From an uncultured Thermodesulfovibrio sp. (GTDB taxonomy: Bacteria > Nitrospirota > Thermodesulfovibrionia > Thermodesulfovibrionales > Thermodesulfovibrionaceae), in the NCBI GenBank assembly GCA_964648755.1, contig CAZYLC010000003.1, positions 7,502 through 58,870 on the forward strand: 51,369 nucleotides of DNA. Reading direction: 5' to 3'. Every line of letters starts with the position of its first letter. Position 1 is the first letter of the stretch. This document shows, one piece after another, positions 20,088-29,331 of this stretch. A program made the translations under genes and the position numbers. Under the pieces are notes generated by a model. It saw only the letters and a program-made list of their open reading frames with translations, was not told the origin of the DNA and did no database searches.

Positions 20088-21548
20088 ATGAAGGAAAATA
20101 AAAAATTTATATTTTCAGCAGCCCTATTAATCCTTATAGGGATAACTATAGGATTAATAATAGCCTCAAAATTTGACTTACAGACAAAGGGATATTCGGA
20201 GGATTATCAAATCTCAAAAGAATCTCAGGAAACCCTTTCAAAAATCGGAAATGCTATGGCAGAGGTTGTCCAGGCAGTAAGACCTTCGGTAGTTAATATT
20301 TATACCACTAAGAAAATGAAAAGACAGACCATTCCCTTCCCTTTCAATGATCCCTTTTTCAGAAGATTCTTCGATGACGAATTTGGAGGACTTTTTGATA
20401 GACAAAAGGAATTTACCCAGACATCTCTTGGTTCTGGCGTAATTGTTGATGGAGCTAATGGGTATATTCTAACCAATTATCATGTTATAAAAGGGGCTGA
20501 TGAAATTAAGGTTAAGCTTTTTGATAAAAGAGTATTTGATGGCACAATTATAGGGTATGATGCCAAAACAGATGTAGCGGTAATAAAAATTAAAGCTGAT
20601 GGATTAAGAGCCATAAGATGGGGTGATTCAGACAAACTAAAAGTAGGCGAAACAGTAATTGCAATAGGAAATCCCTATGGACTAAATCTTACGGTTACAA
20701 GCGGAATAGTAAGCGCTACTGGTAGAGCAAATGTTGGTATTTCTGACTATGAAGATTTTATCCAAACAGATGCACCCATAAATCCAGGAAACTCTGGAGG
20801 TCCTCTGGTCAATGTTAAAGGTGAGCTTATAGGATTAAATACTGCCATATTCAGCACAACAGGTGGATATCAGGGAATAGGTTTTGCCATACCAAGCAAT
20901 ATGGCAAAGGTTGTAATGGACAATTTAATAAAACATAAAAAAGTTGTCCGTGGCTGGCTTGGAGTAACTGTAATGGATGTAGACCCTGAAATGGCAAAAT
21001 CTAATAAAATGAAAGAAATCAAAGGTGCAGTTATAACAGATGTTATGGAAGGAAGTCCAGCAGAGAAGGCAAAACTACAGATGAAAGATATAATAATCAG
21101 CTTTGATGGTAAAGAAGTTGAAGATTCTGCCCATCTAAGAAATCTTGTAGTTAGCACACCACCCGGAAAAGTTGTGAAATTAGAGATAATAAGGGATGGT
21201 AAATCCTATTCTGTCAATGCTACCATAGGAGAACTTCCTTCTGAGCAAAAAGTTTTGGCTCTCCAATCTGTCCTTGCAGGTATATATGTCGAAGAATTGA
21301 CTCAAAAAATAAGAAATCAGTTTAATATCCCAAAAAGAATTAATGGGGTTGTTGTATCATCTATAGAGTCAGGATCGCCAGCTGAGGGAATGTTAAAACA
21401 AGGTGATGTAATTATGGAAATTAATAACCAAAAAATAAATAATGTAAAAGATTTTTCTAAAGTGGCTAACCAGACAAAAGGAAGAGCTATAATATGGTTT
21501 TACAGAAATGGAGTAGTATCCTACATAACCTTAGATACTGGAAAGTGA
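20088..21548 (+). CDS. degP: DegP/DegQ (HtrA) serine protease with two PDZ domains
   Basis: SLGSGVI, TNYHV, QTDAPINPGNSGGPL; ATG 20088 follows SD GGGGGTG. Confidence 0.92.
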   Translation: MKENKKFIFSAALLILIGITIGLIIASKFDLQTKGYSEDYQISKESQETLSKIGNAMAEVVQAVRPSVVNIYTTKKMKRQTIPFPFNDPFFRRFFDDEFGGLFDRQKEFTQTSLGSGVIVDGANGYILTNYHVIKGADEIKVKLFDKRVFDGTIIGYDAKTDVAVIKIKADGLRAIRWGDSDKLKVGETVIAIGNPYGLNLTVTSGIVSATGRANVGISDYEDFIQTDAPINPGNSGGPLVNVKGELIGLNTAIFSTTGGYQGIGFAIPSNMAKVVMDNLIKHKKVVRGWLGVTVMDVDPEMAKSNKMKEIKGAVITDVMEGSPAEKAKLQMKDIIISFDGKEVEDSAHLRNLVVSTPPGKVVKLEIIRDGKSYSVNATIGELPSEQKVLALQSVLAGIYVEELTQKIRNQFNIPKRINGVVVSSIESGSPAEGMLKQGDVIMEINNQKINNVKDFSKVANQTKGRAIIWFYRNGVVSYITLDTGK

Positions 21549-22067
21549 GCTAAAAAAGGAGTTCAGCATCTGCTGTCTTACATAGAGCATTTTATTAAAA
21601 GTATTGGAAAATTCTCTAAAAATTCTCGCAGGTGCTGACTCCATCTCCTTTATAAGGGCATCACACAAATACCAGTTGCATCTCAAAGGCCTTAGGTATC
21701 TTGGAACTTTGCACCCTTTTTCAGTAAGAAGATAGCAGGGCTCTTTTTCTTTGAGATTTCTTTCAGGTATAGGAAATTTTTCTCTTAATGCTAATATGTA
21801 AATAAGGTCATCATATTCATACCTACTATTTTTTTTAAGACAACAGATATCAGTACATAGAGAACAAACTTTTTTTGAATAAATATCAATGAAGGAATTA
21901 AGTTTTACTATATAGTCTTTTATCTCTTCTGCTAATATTTTAGATTCCATGAATTGTTCTGGAAAATCTATGAAAAGAGAATCTATTTTCTCAATCAATT
22001 TAATTAATTCAGGTATATTATTCCATAAAAGTATTTCGCCCTTATTGATTAAGGAAAATCTTTCCAT
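21531..22067 (-). CDS. Cys-rich hypothetical protein, YkgJ-like spacing
   Basis: CSLCTDICC and CYLLTEKGC...RPLRCNWYLC. Confidence 0.65.
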   Translation of the reverse strand: MERFSLINKGEILLWNNIPELIKLIEKIDSLFIDFPEQFMESKILAEEIKDYIVKLNSFIDIYSKKVCSLCTDICCLKKNSRYEYDDLIYILALREKFPIPERNLKEKEPCYLLTEKGCKVPRYLRPLRCNWYLCDALIKEMESAPARIFREFSNTFNKMLYVRQQMLNSFFSSLSSI

Positions 22068-22122
22068 CTAAGATATTATAAAACAGATTCAAAAGAGATA
22101 TATTAAAGAGAGGGATAAGATA

Positions 22123-22314
22123 TTGAAAAAAAAACTTTTAAAAAATATAAAATGTAAATTTTGCAAGAACAATATAATAATTTTTTTTTATTGAAGTCGT
22201 GTAGTGCTCTGCTGTACCGAATGCGGAGCAGAATTTAAGGTATCTCAATACCTCGAAGAGTTAGATGAAGAAACTTGGGATTTAATATCTCGAAGGTCTT
22301 GTGATCGAGCTTAA
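22123..22314 (+). CDS. Candidate small selenoprotein, dual CxxC motifs with in-frame UGA (Sec24), 63 aa; not in the ORF track
   Basis: TTG start after GAGAGGGA; reads MKKKLLKNIKCKFCKNNIIIFFY-U-SRVVLCCTECGAEFKVSQYLEELDEETWDLISRRSCDRA*; TGA at 22192-22194; SECIS-like hairpin downstream; fills an otherwise empty 277-nt gap. Confidence 0.8.
22205..22230 (+). promoter_or_regulatory. Putative bacterial SECIS hairpin
   Basis: TGCTCTGC-TGTACCGAAT-GCGGAGCA: 8-bp stem (one G-U pair) starting at the 11th nt after the UGA; GC-rich patch in AT-rich surroundings. Confidence 0.65.
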
Positions 22315-22344
22315 AGAAAAAAATTTTTAGAGTTACAATAAATT

Positions 22345-22794
22345 ATGAGCAAAATTCTAATAGATGGTTATAATCTCATAGGAATCTATCACAAAGATAT
22401 TAAAAAAGCAAGAGAAAACTTAATAGAAAAACTGATTAATTACTCTAAAGAGAAAAAACATGATATAACTTTAGTATTCGATGGATATAAGGATGGTCCT
22501 GGTAAGGAAACATCAGAAATAAGAAGTGGTATAAGAATAATCTATTCGGGTGCAGGTGAAAAAGCTGATGATGTAATAGAGAGAATTCTTAAAAATGAAA
22601 AGGCTTTTTGGATTGTTATTACCTCTGATAGGGATATAGAAAAAGCTGCATGGAGAGAAAAATGTGTTGTTATAGACTCTTCAATTTTTTCCCATATTCT
22701 AATGGGAGAAAAATTTTTTATTGAAAAACAAAGGGGAATAACTCTTTCAAAAAAAGAAAAGTCTATAATAAGGGCGATAGAAAAATTATCATGA
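22345..22794 (+). CDS. NYN-domain YacP/Rae1-like endoribonuclease
   Basis: ILIDGYNL, LVFDG, ADDVI, VITSD. Confidence 0.87.
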   Translation: MSKILIDGYNLIGIYHKDIKKARENLIEKLINYSKEKKHDITLVFDGYKDGPGKETSEIRSGIRIIYSGAGEKADDVIERILKNEKAFWIVITSDRDIEKAAWREKCVVIDSSIFSHILMGEKFFIEKQRGITLSKKEKSIIRAIEKLS

Positions 22795-23675
22795 CAAAAG
22801 AATTTTTAAAACTTCAACCACCGGCTCAACTAAATATTATTTTTTTTACCTGTCTTAGTTTATTAGTTGCCCTTTTTTATCCAAAAATACCTATGGCATT
22901 TTATTTCTTGGTAATTTATCTATCTATAGCAATTTTTCAATTTTTTATATGCCAGTTCAATAAAGATAAGTTTATCAATATTTTAAAAAACATAGTTTTC
23001 CCTGTATTTTCTGTGTTGATAGCTTTTGATACTATCGGGGAAATAATTCCCTATATCAACAAAGATATAGATTATGTTTTTTTAGCAATTGATTATAAAA
23101 TCTTCGGCTTTTATCCCTATGTTTATTTGGAAAAATATTCTAATCCCTATTTAACAGAAATAATGCAACTTTCCTATTGTTTCTACTATCTAATGCCCTT
23201 TATATTAGGGATTTATCTTCTAAAAAAGGGGACTCAGGAGGATTTTCAAAAAGCTCTGTTTCTCGTTCTTCTTTGTTTTTACCTTTCATATGTAGGCTAT
23301 ATGATTTTCCCAGCTTTAGGACCTCGATTCAGCATTGCCTATATGTTTCAAAATGAACTCAATGGAATTTATTTTGCAGAAAAAATTAACACTTTTCTCA
23401 ATTCACTGGAAGGAATAAAAAGAGATGCCTTTCCCAGTGGACATGTGGGAATATCTCTTCTTATACTATTAATTTTCTACAAATACAACAAAAAAATCTT
23501 TTTGATAAATCTTTTACCAGTAACATTATTAATAATATCTACAGTATACTGCAGATATCACTATTTTATTGATGTTATAGGAGGTTTCCTTTTAACAGTT
23601 GTAACTTTATTGATAGGTAATTTATACTATAGTTTTTGGTTAACAAAAAATGGACGCTCCTCTTATAAAAGATAA
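22791..23675 (+). CDS. PAP2-superfamily membrane phosphatase/phosphotransferase
   Basis: Multiple TM segments; PALGPR, AFPSGH, YHYFIDVIGG. Confidence 0.87.
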   Translation: MTKEFLKLQPPAQLNIIFFTCLSLLVALFYPKIPMAFYFLVIYLSIAIFQFFICQFNKDKFINILKNIVFPVFSVLIAFDTIGEIIPYINKDIDYVFLAIDYKIFGFYPYVYLEKYSNPYLTEIMQLSYCFYYLMPFILGIYLLKKGTQEDFQKALFLVLLCFYLSYVGYMIFPALGPRFSIAYMFQNELNGIYFAEKINTFLNSLEGIKRDAFPSGHVGISLLILLIFYKYNKKIFLINLLPVTLLIISTVYCRYHYFIDVIGGFLLTVVTLLIGNLYYSFWLTKNGRSSYKR

Positions 23676-23913
23676 AGATGGATACATATTGAAAATAAAT
23701 GTTAAAACAGGATCTAAAAAACCAGGGATTGAAGAAATTGATAAAGATATAATTAAAATTAGATTAAAATCCCAACCTCATGATGGATTAGCTAACAGAG
23801 AATTATTAGAGATACTATCAGATTTTCTTAATATGCCAAAATCAAAAATTGAGATAATAAAGGGATTGACATCAAAAAATAAAATTATCAAAATAAAAGG
23901 AAATATAGGATGA
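23650..23913 (+). CDS. DUF167/YggU family protein
   Basis: PHDGLANRELL...IIKGLTSKNK. Confidence 0.85.
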   Translation: MDAPLIKDKDGYILKINVKTGSKKPGIEEIDKDIIKIRLKSQPHDGLANRELLEILSDFLNMPKSKIEIIKGLTSKNKIIKIKGNIG

Positions 23914-24761
23914 TTGAAAGCCTAACTGGTTATGGAAGTTCAGAAAAAGGTATTTTTAGAGTAGAAGTGAAATCTTTAAATCACAGATTCCTCGAGATTA
24001 ATCTTAAATTACCTATAATTCTATCAAAATATGAAATGGAGATACGCAATTTAATAAAACAAAAATTTCAAAGAGGTAAGTTTGATCTTGTTGTATCTAT
24101 AAAACAAAGAGAAAAAACTGGTAATATCTATCTTAATAAAAATCTTGCTCTTCAGCTATATTCAGCTTTTATTGATATAAAAAAAGAACTAAGCATACTT
24201 GGCTCTATTGATATTTCCATGTTTGCCAATTTTAAAGAACTTTTTATCTATGAGGAAGAAGAACCTGACTTAAATGAGTTAATTAATGCAGTTTCAGAGG
24301 CTCTTGAAAATCTTCATATTATGAGAAAAAGAGAAGGTGAAATCATTAAGAACAGTCTCTTGGAAATTCTTTTAAAACTTGAAAGAGATTTAATAAATTT
24401 AGAAGGATTGATAGATATAAGTTATAATAATTACATAAATACGCTAAAAAATAGAGTAAATGCAATTATAAGCCAAAATAATTTGGATGAAAATAGAATT
24501 TTAGAACAAATTGTAATTTTTGCTCAAAAAATTGATATTAAAGAGGAAGTAGATAGATTGAAAAGTCATATTACTCAATTTAAAGAAATTATTGATACAG
24601 GCGGACTTATTGGTAAAAAGCTTGATTTTTTGCTGCAGGAAATTCAAAGAGAAACGAACACTATTCTCTCAAAAACTGAGGATTTAAAAATTAAAACTCT
24701 CTCTATAGAATTAAAAACAAATACAGAGAGACTAAAAGAACAAGTTCAGAATATTCAATAG
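23910..24761 (+). CDS. yicC: YicC/YloC family endoribonuclease
   Basis: [41 protein letters not shown]. Confidence 0.93.
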   Translation: MIESLTGYGSSEKGIFRVEVKSLNHRFLEINLKLPIILSKYEMEIRNLIKQKFQRGKFDLVVSIKQREKTGNIYLNKNLALQLYSAFIDIKKELSILGSIDISMFANFKELFIYEEEEPDLNELINAVSEALENLHIMRKREGEIIKNSLLEILLKLERDLINLEGLIDISYNNYINTLKNRVNAIISQNNLDENRILEQIVIFAQKIDIKEEVDRLKSHITQFKEIIDTGGLIGKKLDFLLQEIQRETNTILSKTEDLKIKTLSIELKTNTERLKEQVQNIQ

Positions 24762-24763
24762 CC

Positions 24764-25021
24764 ATGCTGGTTAATATAGGATTTGGAAATATAGTTGCTT
24801 TGTCAAGGATTGTAGCAATAGTTAATCCAGGTTCATCTCCTATGAAGAGAATTAAAGATGAGGCAAAGAAAAAGGGTAAACTTATTGATGCTACAGAGGG
24901 AAGAAAAACGCGGGCAATAATAATAACTGATAGTGATCATATCATACTTAGTGCTTTGCAGGTAGAAACAATATTACAGAGAATAAATGAGATTAAGAGG
25001 ATAGAAGATGAAACTCCCTAA
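24764..25021 (+). CDS. remA: DUF370 / RemA family protein
   Basis: [20 protein letters not shown]; between yicC and gmk. Confidence 0.88.
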   Translation: MLVNIGFGNIVALSRIVAIVNPGSSPMKRIKDEAKKKGKLIDATEGRKTRAIIITDSDHIILSALQVETILQRINEIKRIEDETP

Positions 25022-25634
25022 GGAAGGAATTATTTTCGTTATATCAGCGCCTTCAGGTACAGGCAAAACCACTATATGTGAGAGAGTACTCAAAAGTTTA
25101 CCAGATTTAAAAATGAGTATATCCCATACGACAAGAAAACCACGTAATAGTGAAAAAAACGGTGTTGATTATTATTTTGTAGATAAAAAAACTTTCAATG
25201 AAATGATAAAAAATGGAGATTTTGTAGAATGGGCAGAGGTTTATGGTAATTATTACGGGACTTCTAAAAGGGTAATAAATGAGTTACATAGCAGTGGAAA
25301 TGACATTGTTCTTGACATAGATACTCAGGGAGCAAAAAATATTAAAAAAATTTATAAAAAAAGCGTTTTAATTTTCATACTTCCGCCTTCTATTGAGGAA
25401 TTAGAAAGAAGATTACAGAGTAGAAATGAAGATTATCAAGTAATAAAAAAAAGATTAAATAAAGTGGCTGATGAAATTAAGGAATATAAGTTTTACGATT
25501 ATCTTGTAATAAATGATAATCTTGAAGAAGCTTTAAAAGAAGTTATGTGTATTATTCAAGCGGAAAGACTAAAAATAAATAGGTTAAATAAAGACTTTAT
25601 AAAAAATTTCTTAAAAAAATATAAGGGGGGGTAA
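25008..25634 (+). CDS. gmk: Guanylate kinase
   Basis: [24 protein letters not shown]. Confidence 0.96.
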   Translation: MKLPKEGIIFVISAPSGTGKTTICERVLKSLPDLKMSISHTTRKPRNSEKNGVDYYFVDKKTFNEMIKNGDFVEWAEVYGNYYGTSKRVINELHSSGNDIVLDIDTQGAKNIKKIYKKSVLIFILPPSIEELERRLQSRNEDYQVIKKRLNKVADEIKEYKFYDYLVINDNLEEALKEVMCIIQAERLKINRLNKDFIKNFLKKYKGG

Positions 25635-25636
25635 TC

Positions 25637-26044
25637 ATGGAAAAAAAAGAAAAAACGATGGACATTATTTCACTACCCATAGAATTAGAAAGGGGTAAGA
25701 TTGACAGCAGATATCGACTTACTTTAATTGCAGCCCAAAGAGCCTCGGAACTTTCATTAGGCGCTACTGCAAGGATAGAAAAAAAAGCAAAAAAAATCAC
25801 AACAACAGCTCTCTTAGAAATCTTGTCTGATAAAATCGAATACATTACTGGTGAAGAGGCCATTAAAGCAAAAGAGAGAATTGAAAAAATAGACGTTAAA
25901 AAACTTCTTGAAGAAAAAAGAAAAGCTATTCCAGACCTTTCAGAACTTGAAAAGGACCTTAAAGTTTACCTCCATGGTAAGGAATCTGCTGAAAAAATGC
26001 TTGAAGACCTTTTCACTGAGAATTTTGAACAGACTGAAGAATAA
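25637..26044 (+). CDS. rpoZ: RNA polymerase omega subunit with C-terminal extension
   Basis: DSRYRLTLIAAQRASEL...TALLEI; between gmk and coaBC. Confidence 0.88.
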   Translation: MEKKEKTMDIISLPIELERGKIDSRYRLTLIAAQRASELSLGATARIEKKAKKITTTALLEILSDKIEYITGEEAIKAKERIEKIDVKKLLEEKRKAIPDLSELEKDLKVYLHGKESAEKMLEDLFTENFEQTEE

Positions 26045-26062
26045 CATTCAGGGAGTTGAATA

Positions 26063-27253
26063 TTGCTTAAAGACAAAAAAATCGTATTAGGTATTACAGG
26101 CAGCATAGCTGCATATAAAGTATTTGAATTAATTAAACTTTTCAGGGATGCAGGTGCCTGTGTTTTGCCTGTAATGACTAAAAAGGCTACCTACTTTGTA
26201 ACTACCTTAAGTATAGAGGTTGCCTGCGGAAATAAAGTTTTAATTGATATGTTTGAATCTCCTCTTTCTCATATTGAATTAGCAAAAAAGGCTGATTTAT
26301 TTGTAATATCTCCAGCAACGGCAAATTTTATAAATAAATACGCCTCCGGCATTGCCGATGACCTCCTTACAACAGCAATTCTTGCCTATAAAGGGCAAGT
26401 TATAATTGCCCCAGCAATGAATTGGAGAATGTATGAGTCACCCCAAGTTCAAAGAAGCATAGACTACCTCAAAAGCATTGGTGTTTTATTCATAGAACCT
26501 GAAGAAGGCTCTCTTGCCTGTGGAGAGGAGGGTAAAGGAAGGCTTGCAAGGGTAAATGAAATTTACGAATTAGCTGTTAGTGCTTTGACAGAAAAAGATT
26601 TGCAGGATGAACATATTCTCATAACAGCAGGACCTACAAGGCAGTATATAGACCCTATAAGATACATAACAAATAAATCGTCTGGTAAAATGGGATATGC
26701 CCTTGCAAAAATAGCAAAAAGAAGGGGAGCAAATGTAACTTTGATAAGTGGGCCAGTAGACATCTCTCCACCGGAAGTAGATAAACTAATAATGGTTGAA
26801 ACAACACGGGATATGCTCAAGGCTGTAATAGAAAATATGGGGAATGTAAATACTCTAATTATGGCAGCAGCACCACTGGATTTCGAGCCAGAAAAAACTT
26901 TCCAAACAAAGCGTGATAAAAATTCAATAAAATCTATACCTTTAAAACTATGTCCGGATATACTTAAAGAGATTGCAAAAAGCAATAAAAGACTCTTCAA
27001 AGTTGGTTTTTCTGCTGAATGGGGTTTTAACGTAGAAAGAGCAAAAAGAAAATTAGAGGAAAAGGCCCTTCATATGATAGTTCTAAACGATATAACCGGC
27101 AAGCATGGTGGAATGTGTTCAGAGTATAATCAGATTATTATGATTTATAAGAAGGGAAAAAATTTTTATCAAGAAAAAACCCCATTACTAACTAAAGAGG
27201 AGATTGCTAACATCATTCTTTCAAAAATAAGGGAGCTATCGCTTGGCAAATAA
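26063..27253 (+). CDS. coaBC: Bifunctional phosphopantothenoylcysteine decarboxylase/synthase
   Basis: GITGSIAAYK, PAMN, LACGEEGKGR, TAGPT, SSGKMG. Confidence 0.96.
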   Translation: MLKDKKIVLGITGSIAAYKVFELIKLFRDAGACVLPVMTKKATYFVTTLSIEVACGNKVLIDMFESPLSHIELAKKADLFVISPATANFINKYASGIADDLLTTAILAYKGQVIIAPAMNWRMYESPQVQRSIDYLKSIGVLFIEPEEGSLACGEEGKGRLARVNEIYELAVSALTEKDLQDEHILITAGPTRQYIDPIRYITNKSSGKMGYALAKIAKRRGANVTLISGPVDISPPEVDKLIMVETTRDMLKAVIENMGNVNTLIMAAAPLDFEPEKTFQTKRDKNSIKSIPLKLCPDILKEIAKSNKRLFKVGFSAEWGFNVERAKRKLEEKALHMIVLNDITGKHGGMCSEYNQIIMIYKKGKNFYQEKTPLLTKEEIANIILSKIRELSLGK

Positions 27254-28307
27254 TCTAATAAGAAGAGAGAAAGTAATAGAATCAATCTCTTCAGATTCAG
27301 ATGCCTTTTTAATAACAGATATTAAAAACATCCGATATCTAACAGGTTTTACTGGAAGCTTTGCCATATTTCTTTGCACTAATGAGGAAAGCTTTTTATT
27401 TGTTGATTTTCGTTATACAGAACAAGCAAAAAAAGAAGTAGATATAGAAATAGTAGAATTTAAAAATTCATGGTTAGAAGCCCTTAAGAATATCATTCGT
27501 AAAAAAAATATTAAAAAAATCTCCTTCGAATCCTCTATTTCCTATGAAACTTACAAGATATTATCAGAAATTAAAAGAATTTTTCTTATACCAAAGACTC
27601 TACTGGTAGAACGCGCAAGAGCTATAAAAGACAAAGTAGAGATTAAAAATATTAAAGAGGCTGTGAAAAGAGCTGAAAGAGCCTTCTTAGAAATTAAACC
27701 TTATATAAAGGAAGGTGAAAATGAAAGAAAAATTGCCATATTACTTGAACATGAAATAAAAAAGCAAGGTTCAGAAACATTGCCTTTTCCTGTGATTGTA
27801 GCATCAGGTCCTAATTCTTCAATGCCTCATTGGAGAAATTCAGAAAGGATATTAAAAAAGGGCGACTTTGTTATAATTGACTGGGGTGCAGAATATAAAG
27901 GCTATTATTCTGATATGACAAGAACTTTTATAATAGGTAAACCTTCCAAAAAACAGATTGAAATCTATGAAATAGTTAATAGGGCAAGAGGAGAAGCCAT
28001 TAAAAAGGTTTCAGCAGGAGTAAAGGCAAAAAAAATTGACGCAAGGGCAAGAAATTTGATAAAACAATCTGGTTATGGCGAAAACTTCGGGCATGCAACA
28101 GGTCATGGGGTGGGAATGGATGTTCATGAACTTCCCAGAATCAATAGAAAATCAGAGGAAATTATTCAACCTGGAATGGTTTTTACTATTGAACCAGGAA
28201 TTTACATTGAAGGATTTGGAGGAGTAAGAATAGAAGATATGGTTTTACTAAAGAATGGTTCAGTAGAGATAATGACAAATCTTTCAACAGATTTAGAAAC
28301 TTTATAG
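27243..28307 (+). CDS. Xaa-Pro aminopeptidase (M24)
   Basis: YLTGFTGS, SDMTRT, HATGHGVGMDVHE, TIEPGIY, GGVRIED. Confidence 0.93.
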   Translation: MANNLIRREKVIESISSDSDAFLITDIKNIRYLTGFTGSFAIFLCTNEESFLFVDFRYTEQAKKEVDIEIVEFKNSWLEALKNIIRKKNIKKISFESSISYETYKILSEIKRIFLIPKTLLVERARAIKDKVEIKNIKEAVKRAERAFLEIKPYIKEGENERKIAILLEHEIKKQGSETLPFPVIVASGPNSSMPHWRNSERILKKGDFVIIDWGAEYKGYYSDMTRTFIIGKPSKKQIEIYEIVNRARGEAIKKVSAGVKAKKIDARARNLIKQSGYGENFGHATGHGVGMDVHELPRINRKSEEIIQPGMVFTIEPGIYIEGFGGVRIEDMVLLKNGSVEIMTNLSTDLETL

Positions 28308-28317
28308 GAGGTGTAAT

Positions 28318-28881
28318 TTGATATCAACAACAGATTTCAAAAAGGGATTAAAAATTGAATACAAAGGAGAACCTTATGAAATAATTGACTTTCAACATGT
28401 AAAAATGCAACAGAGAGCTCCAATTGTAAGAACAAAGATAAAAAATCTCAAGACCGGAAGAGTACTTGAAGAGAATTTTTCAGCGGGTGAGAAATTTGAA
28501 AAACCCCAACTTGAAGAAAAGCAAATGCAGTTTCTCTACTCTCAGGGAGATGCCTATGTTTTTATGGATATGGAATCTTATGACCAAATATCAATCCCAA
28601 AAGAAAGAATAGGAGACGCCCTCCATTACATAAAAGAAGAGATGATAGTGGATGTAATTTATTACAAAGGAGAACCTCTTGTAATAGAACCCCCCATGTT
28701 TGTTGAATTAAGAGTTGAAGAAACAGAACCGGCATTTAGAGGGGATACAGCCTCTGGAGGTGCAAAACCTGCAAAACTTGAAACCGGTCTTATTGTAAAA
28801 GTACCTTTTCACATACAAACTGGTGACCTTTTGAAAATTGATACGAGAACAGGTGAGTATATAGAAAAAGTAAAGGAGTAG
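28318..28881 (+). CDS. efp: Elongation factor P (atypical loop MQQR)
   Basis: VRTKIKNLKTG, RGDTASGGAKPAKLETG, IDTRTGEY. Confidence 0.96.
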   Translation: MISTTDFKKGLKIEYKGEPYEIIDFQHVKMQQRAPIVRTKIKNLKTGRVLEENFSAGEKFEKPQLEEKQMQFLYSQGDAYVFMDMESYDQISIPKERIGDALHYIKEEMIVDVIYYKGEPLVIEPPMFVELRVEETEPAFRGDTASGGAKPAKLETGLIVKVPFHIQTGDLLKIDTRTGEYIEKVKE

Positions 28882-28884
28882 AAT

Positions 28885-29331
28885 ATGGAACTTGAGGAAA
28901 TAAAAGATATCATATCCTTTCTAAAGGATACAGACGTAACAGAATTAAATATTGAGAGAGAAGGTTTTAAAATAAGAATAAAAAGGGGATACATATACGG
29001 TCCAATTGAAATAACAAGAACCGTAAGACCTTCTGAAGACATGGGGAAAATCACCTATCCGATGGAGTCTTTAAAAGAGGAAGAAGAGACTCTTCATACG
29101 ATTATATCACCTCTTGTAGGAACTTTTTATAGAAGTCCCTCTCCTGATTCTCCGCCTTTTGTCGAAGTTGGTACAAGAGTCGAAAAAGGACAGGTTTTAT
29201 GTATCATAGAGGCTATGAAAATAATGAATGAAATAGAAAGCGATGTATCGGGAATTGTTAAGAAAGTCTTAGTAGAAAGTGGACAACCTGTAGAGTATGG
29301 AGAACCTCTATTCCTAATTGAGGTAGCATAA
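28885..29331 (+). CDS. accB: Acetyl-CoA carboxylase biotin carboxyl carrier protein
   Basis: [15 protein letters not shown] biotinylation motif. Confidence 0.96.
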   Translation: MELEEIKDIISFLKDTDVTELNIEREGFKIRIKRGYIYGPIEITRTVRPSEDMGKITYPMESLKEEEETLHTIISPLVGTFYRSPSPDSPPFVEVGTRVEKGQVLCIIEAMKIMNEIESDVSGIVKKVLVESGQPVEYGEPLFLIEVA

